This document shows positions 56,401 to 64,000 of a stretch of 64,000 nucleotides of DNA, piece after piece. The translations under genes and the position numbers were made by a program. Origin of the DNA: Octopus sinensis (taxonomy: Eukaryota). Every line of letters begins with the position of its first letter. Within the stretch, counting starts at the first letter, position 1. The stretch lies in NCBI RefSeq assembly GCF_006345805.1, contig NC_042998.1, positions 109,492,001-109,556,000 of the forward strand. The letters are read 5' to 3'. The notes under the pieces are model-generated. The model searched no databases. It saw only the letters and a program-made list of their open reading frames with translations, and was not told where the DNA came from.

Positions 56401-56710
56401 GACGATGATGATGATCATCATCATCGTCGTCGTCAGGTATCTTGTACTTTTGTAGTTATTTAAACTCAATCCAACCCTTATTTAGCAGACCTAAGATCAA
56501 AAGGGTTCCAACCATGACCATCATGCTTTGTTTTCAAGTATAGTATATCAATATAGCATATATTTACATTTGACAGATATTTGTCCTCATCTTGTTTGTT
56601 AACACGTTTTGGCTGATATACCCTCCAGTCTTCATCAGGTGTCTTGGGGAAATTTCGAACTTGGGTTCTCATTCCTAAGGTATTTTTTATTGATGTTATT
56701 AATATTATTA

Positions 56711-56744
<34 letters not shown>

Positions 56745-59700
56745 TGCCACTGCCTGGAATTGAATTCGGAATCTTGGGGTTAGTAGCCCGCACTCTTAAG
56801 CACTACGCCATATACCTGTGGACAATTATGGAGTGCATTTTTTTGGCTTACAAATCTAATATTTACCTATCCTTCCTTATTAGACTTATAAGCCCTAAAA
56901 CTTCACTCCATAACTGCCCATGGGAATATGGCATAGTGGTTAAGAGCACAGGCTACTAACATCAAGATTCCGAGTTCGATTCCAGGCAGTGACCTGTATA
57001 ATAATAATAACATCGAAAAATACCTTAGGAACGAGAACCCAGGTTCAAAATTTCCCCAAGATACTTGATGAAGGCTGGAGGGGTGTATCAGCCGAAATGT
57101 TGCGTTAACAACAAACAAGATGAGGACAAATATCCATCAAATGTAAATAATGTACATAATTCCTCATCTCTTAAATATAGAACTGTAAATTATAGGATAT
57201 GTCCTTTCATTTTTTTGAAGATAGTTAAATGTTACTTGAGAGATTTGGCTGCTATTTTTTATAGTAACCATGCAGAGGTCATTTCAATGACTGGATATTG
57301 CCAAAACTGCTTAAGACAGTAGCTTTTAAATCAACGAATTATGTGACTGGCGATCAGCATTAACCCATTAGCATTCAAACCAGCCATATCTGGTCTAAAT
57401 ATTCTACCAGTTTTTATGTTAAAACTAGCCACATCTGGCCTCTCATACCTATCCTACAATATTTTTTCTAAAGCTAAGCAATCACATCATGGAAATATCT
57501 TAGCTCAAGTTAATGCATGATTAACTCAAAATAATGTGAATAAATAAACATTACATTTGAGAGAGTAATCTGAATGCTAACGGATTAATGTGCATGCTCT
57601 CTATCTTTATTTTGACTAAACTTTATTACTTTCTCTCACAACACTTTCTCACCCATCATCCATTCTAGCATACATCCTGTCTCCTACTCCCTCTCTCAAC
57701 ACAAAATATACAAGATTTCTCATCACCAATCAATATATCTTCACTTAATCCATTGAATAGGAGACTATTTGATACTTAACACAATATTAATAAGTATTCA
57801 AGACACACATTGATACATACTTTTGTGGTAATAATGTATGTGCGTGCATACATATACAAAGCAGTGACTTTCAAACTTTTTATTATTTTCTTACCCTGCT
57901 GAACCCTTAATTTTCTTATAAAATATGCAAACCCTAAAAGGTTTTTAAATTGATTACATGATTATAGTAAAATAAATTACATTTATTTGGAAAAGGTAGT
58001 AAAATGAAAGAAAAGCTAATGGAGTGACTGACAATTTTCTTTTTTTTCTGCAAATTTTCAAGAGCTGAATTGTTATCAATCTCACTATTCAATTAATTAT
58101 TGTTGTATAAACAGAAAATACTATTCACATAAAAGGCTGATTTCTAAATGTGGAGGGAACTTGTGGAAGAGGAAGACATGGAATGAAGTAATGAAAAATG
58201 ATCTTCAGATGTTGAGCCTCAAAGAGGAGATGACAAAGAACTGAGAAAATTAGTGATTTGCTGTGCTTGAAAAGACCTGTCCAGCTACATAAAATTAAGG
58301 CTAAAAAAAGGTATCACTATGAATTCTTGAAAATACTTCTATTGTACCTTTTCTTGGAGAGCATGCAAAAAGAAACATTCTGACGCATTTGTGAAATTTG
58401 GATGAATATTTTAGGAAATATGACAATTTGAATGGCTTGTAAATTGGTTGAAATCTTGCCTAATTAGGCCTAGATGAATAATTAGCGATATTTGTGATCT
58501 TTGAAACAGCAATAAAAGTCATCTTCAAATTACACAGATTAATAGTGTCCATGGGATAGCAGCTGCCCATCTCTTTTTTTTTCAGGTTCTTGAAAATGAA
58601 ACTTTTTGGGGAAATTTACTATAATAGTTTTGTGTTTTTCTGTCACAGCATATAAGACAAGGATGATAGATCAGGCAATGGCAAACTAGGTAGTGGGATG
58701 ATGGAAATTCTACAGTGAAAAAAAAAGAATCAAACAGTGTTTCAACCCTGAATGTTTGTGTGTGTGTGTGCGCACGCAATAGAAGTGGGATGGTGAACAT
58801 TCAATGCTGAAAAGAAAAATAGTGTTTCAACTTTGCATATTTGGTATTTACTCGCTAGCTCCCACATTTAGTCATGACCAGCTTTATGTGGCTTTAAGTC
58901 ATACAAGAAGTAAGGAAAACTTTAAAATTCTTTTGAAGGAAACAAGTAGTCAAGGGATGTTGGTCATGGATAGATTTTTCACAAAAAAAATTTGGTAATA
59001 AAAGAATTATTAAACTAAAAACTTGGTTTTGTACCTTATTCACATATAAAATACAATTAGCTGTCATTATTCATGGTACGGGGCCAGTTAGTGTTTTAAA
59101 TATTTATGTAAAGCCTATTTCATTGCATATACCAAACAGGTAATTTCACGACGCAAGCATAAGCTTTACATGTGTTTTCAGATTAGCTAAATCCAAAAGT
59201 ACAAACCACAGGGGTGTCAGCTTTGGCACATTTGTAGTAGGCATAGAACTAATTAAATCCTGAAATTTTGGGACACGATACCATTTCAATAATATTTTAA
59301 TAGACTATTATAAATGGCTATAAACTATTAATTGGCAGAGTTTGAGATCAGAGATAAAAAAGTTGTCACAAGCTTTTCATGCATTTTCAGATATTGCTAT
59401 ATTATGATTCGTTATCTGTAGGGAGCTCAGTTTTGATACACTGGTATGGGGTATAAAACTGCAACACAGTAAGACCAGTAACATCTGATGATTTGCCCAT
59501 TTGTGTGCCAAACAATTCTGAAGACAAGTCAAGCAGTTGTGAAGTTACATGATAAATCCTTAATATTAGGAGCAACTTGTATAAGTAGTAAGTGGAATTC
59601 CTATGATTTCTTTTAACTGACTTTTCACCCAGATTTCACTCATATCTGCTTCAGGTTTTAAAAGCATTTAATTGTATGTGTTTTCTCCAGGTTAAAGTAA

Positions 59701-62700
59701 TGCTTCTATGTAAGCTATTGTAGCTTTTTTCTAATTATTTGTGTGAAATGACATAGTGAAAAATCTTTATCTTTCAACGTGTTATCACATTTAAGTTTTT
59801 AAAATTCACTCTTTTCCATTATAATTTAAATGATTAATCTCAAAATGATATCACAACTTAACTGGGACCAGAGGACCAATTGATTAATGTTTTGCTGCAT
59901 GAACAATAAAATTAATCATCATCATCATCGTTTAACGTCCGGTTTCCGCATCTTGCAACCTTTTCAATAGTTTTGAGAGTCAAAACTATTGAAAAGGTTG
60001 CAAGACACAACGAAAATTTTAGGAAAATAAAAATAAGAAAAAGGTGGGAATTTTACTGGTGAGTGTGTTATGTTATAAGGCACAAAAAGAAAATGAATCT
60101 TCCCAGACACAACAGAATATGCTTCAACACATGAACTCATATAAAGAATCTTGCAAACCAAATCCAAAAATGAAAAGAAGAATTTGAAACATTTTTCATT
60201 AATTTAATATTGACCACAATGATGCAATAAAAATAACTTCTTCCAAAAAACTTTTGATTTATTATTTTCTCCATTTTTTCTAGAATGATTCTCCTTTCAA
60301 CGATGTCTTTATACAGGTATCATAAATCACTAGGATTCTGAGAACTACATTTTAAAATTTGCTATGACTATATTTTGTAATGCATCTACAACTGGTAATT
60401 AACATGCCATTCCACTACATTCAGGCATAATGGAATAGTGTCAGTGACAAAATTGTATATACGTAACAAAAACCATTGACACTTAAGAGTATACTATATT
60501 ACAAAATAAAATGTGTTATAAAGGACAATAATAACTACCACCATGTAAATGTTTCAGTTTCAAAATATCAGATCAAGTTGCCTAAATAAGAACACACTTT
60601 TTTATTGTCATTTTATTGTATTAATATTCACATTTTGTTGAGCTTTATTTAAAACAAACACAGAGAAAGATGCATTTTCTACTTAAAAAAGTACCTGGAA
60701 AAGTTACTGGAGGGGAAAAGAGCAGTGGTTAGTCTAATTTCAAACAAGGAAATAAGCTAAAACGAATAAAACTTTTGCAGGAATATTATCAAGACTAGTC
60801 AGAGAAAATTACAAGAAGGTGAAAAAATAATTAAGACTAAGAAACATACCATGATGCACAAATTCATTTACTTTGCTGATCTGAAGTAAACACAATTCAT
60901 CAACAGTCATTCTACCTTGGTTTTGATTCATTATATTTTCTACATAATCACCTAGAAATGAAAAAAGGCAAGACAAAATGATGAGTAGTAATTAATATAT
61001 TTTTCTTGACATACAATAGCAGAATGACATATCAGGAACTTCCTTAATGAGTTCTTATATACTGGATTCCTAGATTTTAAAAACTTTTTTAATATTCACT
61101 TATGTATTCCTCAAACTGTATGTTGTACAGATACTAAATGTGGAAGACAGCAATGACCCATCAACACAACCCTTGGCCAACAGACACCATAACCTTCAGT
61201 TACTACAAAAGCATCTGCTTTCTCAAACTAGTTAATGCCATACCCCCTCCACCTAGGCCTATTTGACACATCCATTTATCTTTCTCGTGCTACTCATACC
61301 GTGTTCCAATTTTTACAATTCTTCTTCTCTAGAAAAACCTTCTGAAATTCAGCGATACTGATATTTTTCTGAACACAAACTGTACAAATATTAACAGTCT
61401 TGGAAAGGGAATGGGCATTGATTAAATCTTAAAATGTAGATAAGGGATATGGAAATTGAACACATTTCCTTAGTGGTGACTTCAGTGTTATCACTTCAAA
61501 GTAATTTCTGATGATACTTTTATGAGTACCATATATACTGACAGTCAATAAAAAACCGTTTTCAGTCTTTACATGAACATTTTAGTATCTTGTTCTGATC
61601 CAAATTTACAAGTGAGATAAAAATTATCACAAAATATTACAATACTATCCCAGTAGTAAAAGTAGCCTTCAGTATTCAACCAGATCAGTTTTAAAGAAAC
61701 CAAAGCCACATTCCAAATATTTTTAGAGATTTTATTAACATGATTGATGTGAGTTGGATTCCTACAAGTTTCACTTTATATCTACTTCATCTTCCACTTT
61801 ATCAGTAAAACACAGCTTAGATAAAAGATATAGCCATAGCTGTGTAGTCTATCATAGTATAAGCATTACTAAAAAAAAAATTAAGAAAAGAAAAATTCAA
61901 TTGTTTGAACCCCAAATGAATGTCAACCTTACAATAATAGTAAAATTATGTTGAAATTATGTTCTAACATAAAATTTGATTAAACTTGGCTAAAATTCAA
62001 GATACATAAACTGCATTTGCAGAAGACATAATTAGTAAACTAATTTTACAAATATCTGTAATGACACAGGTAAGTGAAACAGTGTCCTTTATATGCAACA
62101 GGGCATTTTTAACTCTAAAACGCACCCATACATATGCCATGTAAACACACCCAGTACACTGTAAAGTTGCTGGCATCCAGCTGTAGAAACCATGCCAAAA
62201 CAGACATGAAGCCTGGGCAGCTCTTCAGCTGGTCAGCTCCTGTCAAACCATCCAACTCATGCCAGCATGGAAAATGGATGTTAAATGATGACTGATGACA
62301 CTGTTTATTGTTTTAATATGTGATTCTTTTGACATTTTAAAAAAAGCAAATAATAACACTTACAAATTTGGCCAGCTATTTTTTCTCCAGATTGTTCCTT
62401 AGAAGCACCAGTTAGAGCAGGAGCATAGGATACAATATCTTGTAAAATCTCCTGTGTTGACATGGAACAATCCTTCAAATGTTGACTTGAAAAATGAAAA
62501 ATACAAAATGGTTAGGAATGCGCTAATATACGAAACTACATGAAACACAGCCAAACAATTGTAACACAAAATCTCAAAATTGTAAATAAATTAACTGCTT
62601 CTTTTCCACAAGCATTCCCACTAATTATCTTCTATATCTCCCTCTTTATGTTAGCATCAGAGCACAAATAAGCTAAGAGACAAACTGGAAATAAGAGGAA

Positions 62701-63755
62701 TTAAGTGTAGTGTACTAGAGAGAAGACTACACTAGATATCAGATGTGTAAGGAAGTGAAAATGTCAAACGGATGGAACATATGGAAGGAAGAGGCAAAGA
62801 TGACAGGGAAAAGAGGTGAAGATTGATCTCAAGTAGCTGAACCTCATGAAGGTGAAAAATGACTGCAATTTATAGCAAAACGCTATGCTGGAAATCCATC
62901 AAATAGACAACATGGAAAAAATAGTAGTAAAAGCAATACTAATGGTTGTGAAAGTTAGGATGTTAAATATCTACATTTGGGTCTCTTGTACACATTAGCT
63001 CATAACACTAGCTCTTTCTTTCATCTGCCACCTATGAAACAGAAAACAATGTCTCATCATGTGAACTAAGTCTGTCCCTATTCATTCCCAGCTACCATAA
63101 TCCATTTCTCTCTCAACCATTGCTCCTTCTCCAATCATTCTATATTACCCAATATTTCATCTATTACCACTCTTTACTGACATCCATCAGGTAGCTGTTA
63201 TTACTCTCCTTCTCTACAATTAATCATTCCTCATATGTGTCTCATATATAAAAGTATTCCTAGTACTTCACATTTTCTTTTCAAGCCTCTCCAAGAAGTC
63301 AATGGAAAGATGCTCTATAGTTTCAACCAACTCACTACACTATTAACCTTTTCACAATATTTTAAATGAAAATACACTGTATTTCAATTATTTGGGGGTG
63401 GGGGGTTGATAATCTGGATGGATATAGTAAAATAATTCAGGTTTTCATTATCAATCTGTTGTTTGAAACAGTTCCTTGCATAAAATTATAATAGTTAAAA
63501 CTTTAAAACAAACACAAATTTGTACAAAAGAAACCAATAGGAACACCAGGCAGGTTAAAACAATAATAATAACATTGAAAGTTGGGAGCAAAGTGAACTT
63601 TCACATTTTGAAAAATTCCCTACCTTTTACACTGTTGGTCATTGCAGGTTCCTTGAAGATCATACTGACAGAGAATATTTTTGCAGTTCAGTTTATGAGA
63701 GAAACTCTGGCTAGAAAGGGACAAATTCTCTTTTGTACGAAGAAAAGGACTGAAA
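28759..63755 (-). CDS. ZFC3H1: Zinc finger C3H1 domain-containing protein (ZFC3H1 orthologue), C-terminal ~825 aa in 19 coding exons; 5' end outside window
   Basis: Spliced translation follows the human ZFC3H1 C-terminal half colinearly as I recall it: FSPFLRTKENLSLSSQSFSH / CQYDLQGTCNDQQCKSQH (C-x7-C-x4-C-x3-H), DVRYF..LEAAVLENPQNEQLWLKLAY, LDQALNVLARGLEN, SDRALLWLCYIYLHEF, YETAL, LPYAVSLWKHFLLFE. All junctions are GT-AG with matching phases. Confidence 0.95.
30093..30155 (-). CDS. ZFC3H1: ZFC3H1 exon 18: VQQLFIKAVRVLPYAVSLWKH
   Basis: ctgcttgcag| acceptor, |gtaaca donor, 63 nt, phase 0/0. Confidence 0.9.
34219..34258 (-). CDS. ZFC3H1: ZFC3H1 exon 17 (40-nt small exon): (K)VTALTVLRCSQIE
   Basis: tttactttcag| acceptor, |gttagt donor, phase 2/0; needed to restore frame between exons 16 and 18. 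Confidence 0.82.
34681..34782 (-). CDS. ZFC3H1: ZFC3H1 exon 16: (R)AVDLAVSCNDMWRALSFCQTGVHEKLPCISLWN
   Basis: ccttttaaccag| acceptor, |gtaaga donor, 102 nt, phase 2/2. Confidence 0.9.
34949..35206 (-). CDS. ZFC3H1: ZFC3H1 exon 15: (H)YLNYQIRQAAHERSSAADKLQSLVIRSLTCLPSRVETSTSRYWHDHQHHNKIIDLYINCLESTEQKMAAYDKFLTIMPNNIELIL
   Basis: ctatttttcag| acceptor, |gtaatg donor, 258 nt, phase 2/2. Confidence 0.92.
35690..36420 (-). mobile_element. RTE-like LINE ORF2 C-terminal fragment
   Basis: LNICIGKTKV..LEENPSFTYSG..RIVKA..IPRNTKSYVFNSNV resembles the RT thumb (KTKV..F.YLGS..RI.KA..TK.RIF.SNV). Confidence 0.6.
37443..37547 (-). CDS. ZFC3H1: ZFC3H1 exon 14: (C)LLLELQSDYSQAIEGYETALSAMKSTSDIAQVWL
   Basis: ttttttgttag| acceptor, |gtaagt donor, 105 nt, phase 2/2. 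Confidence 0.92.
37668..37778 (-). CDS. ZFC3H1: ZFC3H1 exon 13: (C)CLLRQTIPLDYKIPDYCENISPEVLQKNQLYFWLTY
   Basis: aattccctag| acceptor, |gtatgt donor, 111 nt, phase 2/2. Confidence 0.9.
40730..40830 (-). CDS. ZFC3H1: ZFC3H1 exon 12: TDSECALRYLEQASISCFLIDITDSRCDPNILY
   Basis: tttaatttcag| acceptor, |gtaaga donor, 101 nt, phase 0/2. Confidence 0.87.
40946..41023 (-). CDS. ZFC3H1: ZFC3H1 exon 11: IFDEALKTGCYSAKLYLYASHMALSL
   Basis: ttttacacag| acceptor, |gtgagg donor, 78 nt, phase 0/0. Confidence 0.87.
42500..44400 (-). mobile_element. RTE-clade LINE ORF2 remnant immediately downstream of ZFC3H1 exon 10, sense to the gene
   Basis: DQTWWFK; QVMKVME; LDKMQFGFEPRRSSTKA; GCPWELVC.DGL; Cys-rich insert; RLYDAF. 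Confidence 0.8.
44493..44613 (-). CDS. ZFC3H1: ZFC3H1 exon 10: (R)MDEALSIGREVLMKWPHLDDIWLSMAEFYSADKNVTAVWQ
   Basis: ttattttcag| acceptor, |gtttgt donor, 121 nt, phase 2/0. Confidence 0.85.
45323..46098. mobile_element. MITE-like element with ~270-bp inverted arms (piggyBac-like ccc/ggg ends, TSD degenerate)
   Basis: gaaattaattttttg..ctttcaaactt.ggacactggtagaat.tgtcatata mirrored at 46000-46080; arms about 45323-45590 and 45820-46098. Confidence 0.8.
46875..47056 (-). CDS. ZFC3H1: ZFC3H1 exon 9: SLHIDWYSHSKLQCDIKFLQKLYEECLTFCLQTDGERTDEHDKVSSEVYCNFLKLLHSQS
   Basis: gtctacccag| acceptor, |gtataa donor, 182 nt, phase 0/2. Confidence 0.88.
48032..48199 (-). CDS. ZFC3H1: ZFC3H1 exon 8: NLLQTPSSHDEELMSMLRPSDRALLWLCYIYLHEFQRLPDQLYDSTGHFLDHLFPK
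   Basis: cccattttgaag| acceptor (an in-frame CAG lies 12 nt downstream), |gtcagt donor, 168 nt, phase 0/0. Confidence 0.9.
49782..50670 (-). mobile_element. mariner (DD34D-type) remnant with internal deletion
   Basis: KDIYADMVATL..SGRP; RQLTLNQITNAISISHERVENILHNELGMMKVSAQWVSHLL; FYFPDLAPSDSHLF; end ggggttggctgaaaatccataggctga with partial tagtcagcct at the other end. Confidence 0.85.
51864..52043 (-). CDS. ZFC3H1: ZFC3H1 exon 7: YLCATENYFSKIEICKQMHQYLKKQEPSEVVSQHITEVSLYRLGITVVSNRFKTGLLFFK
   Basis: attttctag| acceptor, |gtaaga donor, 180 nt, phase 0/0. Confidence 0.9.
52335..52502 (-). mobile_element. Meta-domain-like SINE; older copies near 40400-40520(+), 51270-51350(-), 53880-54020(+)
   Basis: Reverse complement of the 10120 copy. 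Confidence 0.8.
52841..53033 (-). CDS. ZFC3H1: ZFC3H1 exon 6: DAESGHLDQALNVLARGLENMKQSPDLWQYYLQLYSQHPDSKNDLVDMCCVAIQNAPSYTLWWQ (HAT/TPR-like helical repeats)
   Basis: ttctcttttag| acceptor, |gtaaat donor, 193 nt, phase 2/0. Confidence 0.94.
53380..53563 (-). CDS. ZFC3H1: ZFC3H1 exon 5: SSKPDVLSEWEDIIEEQDVRYFDIGNNTAAILDLEAAVLENPQNEQLWLKLAYKKLSSRS
   Basis: gtgttgacag| acceptor, |gttagt donor, 184 nt, phase 1/2. Confidence 0.93.
53652..53774 (-). CDS. ZFC3H1: ZFC3H1 exon 4: (V)PPHTMFFEPRCWKPNQESLPDTVVDIDKIYTQETDLNPLF
   Basis: ttttttttccag| acceptor, |gtgagt donor, 123 nt, phase 1/1. Confidence 0.9.
54440..55606 (+). mobile_element. mariner transposase pseudogene interrupted by a SINE fragment
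   Basis: ATG at 54516; YEYEFCHG; KFRSGDF..GRPET / VDNDELQTVVEAD; IVTCDEKW; LLQDNA; HPP.SPDLA. Confidence 0.9.
54702..54816 (-). mobile_element. 5'-truncated Meta-domain-like SINE nested in the mariner ORF
   Basis: Matches the 3' half of the 10120 copy; flanked by atggataat (54693-54701) and gtcgataat (54817-54825). Confidence 0.75.
55620..56414 (+). mobile_element. RTE LINE 3' end (ORF2 C-terminus, 3' UTR and (GAT)n tail)
   Basis: YDACVQTAMIHGSETQA..RQLHWYGHVL.MDEDSCVKKC..GTCGRGRPKKTW..WRYTVLEKTWQAK*. Confidence 0.9.
56561..57148. mobile_element. Palindromic head-to-head dimer of a tRNA-headed SINE-like unit with a hammerhead-like 3' region
   Basis: Arms 56561-56861 and 56878-57148, 16-nt loop; A box tggcatagtgg and B box gagttcgattcc in the right arm; CTGATGA/GAAA core elements in both arms. 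Confidence 0.8.
57364..57584. mobile_element. piggyBac-type MITE with TTAA TSD
   Basis: ttaa|cccattagcattca ... tgaatgctaacgga|ttaa. Confidence 0.8.
58145..58290 (+). mobile_element. RTE ORF2 C-terminal fragment
   Basis: gagggaacttgtggaagagg..agacatggaatgaagta..gtgcttgaaaagacctg aligns with 55905-56040. Confidence 0.65.
58830..59091 (+). mobile_element. Helitron 3' fragment (end of the RepHel helicase)
   Basis: FGIYSLAPTFSHDQLYVALSHTRSKENFKILL matches Helitron helicase GIYL..PVFSHGQLYVALSR; ends gtacggggccagttag|t (degenerate hairpin and CTAG before T). Confidence 0.7.
60850..60951 (-). CDS. ZFC3H1: ZFC3H1 exon 3: (C)DYVENIMNQNQGRMTVDELCLLQISKVNEFVHH
   Basis: ttcatttctag| acceptor, |gtatgt donor, 102 nt, phase 1/1. 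Confidence 0.9.
62364..62485 (-). CDS. ZFC3H1: ZFC3H1 exon 2: (S)QHLKDCSMSTQEILQDIVSYAPALTGASKEQSGEKIAGQI
   Basis: catttttcaag| acceptor, |gtaagt donor, 122 nt, phase 2/1; supplies the zinc-finger His. Confidence 0.92.
63624..63755 (-). CDS. ZFC3H1: ZFC3H1 exon 1 in window: FSPFLRTKENLSLSSQSFSHKLNCKNILCQYDLQGTCNDQQCK (CCCH finger)
   Basis: ttttccaacag| acceptor, |gtaggg donor, 132 nt, phase 2/2. Confidence 0.93.
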
Positions 63756-64000
63756 CTGTTGGAAAATAAAGAAAAACAAGAGGAATAATTAAAATAGATA
63801 TAAAAAATCAATAGATAAGTCAAACTTAAATACTCATACAAGCAGAGTATTACAACAATATAATTTCTAAGGTTTGAGTTCAAACTGGCTATTTTATTTT
63901 TTCACCTACTCCTACTCTTTGTTTTCATCAGACACTAACTTAGAATGAGCTCTGCCAGATTGATCTAGAATATTTTAGCAACATTTAGGTAAACTGAGTT

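Noticed and set aside
56926-56995. Possible tRNA gene
   Set aside because: A and B boxes are present, but acceptor-stem pairing is poor and the sequence continues into a repeat body, so it is treated as a SINE head
59964-60167. Minus-strand ORF with a PPF motif as a candidate exon
   Set aside because: The homologous segment (VPPHT..WKP) is encoded at 53652-53774, and this ORF lacks suitable splice sites
28759-63755. Minor-spliceosome (U12) or non-canonical introns in ZFC3H1
   Set aside because: All 18 introns are GT-AG and none has a GTATCCT-type donor

Overview
AT-rich, repeat-dense animal genomic DNA. The SINE/LINE families and microsatellites resemble those I know from Octopus, so the taxon is an inference. 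One protein-coding gene is supported. It is the 3' part of a ZFC3H1 orthologue (PAXT/nuclear-exosome adaptor) on the minus strand: 19 coding exons, all with GT-AG boundaries, between 63755 and a TGA at 28759-28761. Splice phases are mutually consistent (2479 nt = 1 + 826 codons including the stop), and the 5' part lies beyond the right edge. The rest is transposon-derived: a Penelope-like RT remnant, RTE LINEs and SINEs sharing their tail, Meta-domain SINEs, two mariner remnants, a fold-back Tc1/mariner derivative, a Gypsy-like LTR element, piggyBac-type MITEs and a Helitron 3' end. The most unusual signal is a high density of fold-back palindromes, several carrying hammerhead-ribozyme core motifs. 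The clearest is a ~590-bp intronic palindrome of two head-to-head units, each with a tRNA-like Pol III head and a minimal hammerhead tail. All alignments were done by eye and from memory of family consensus sequences; no database search was run.
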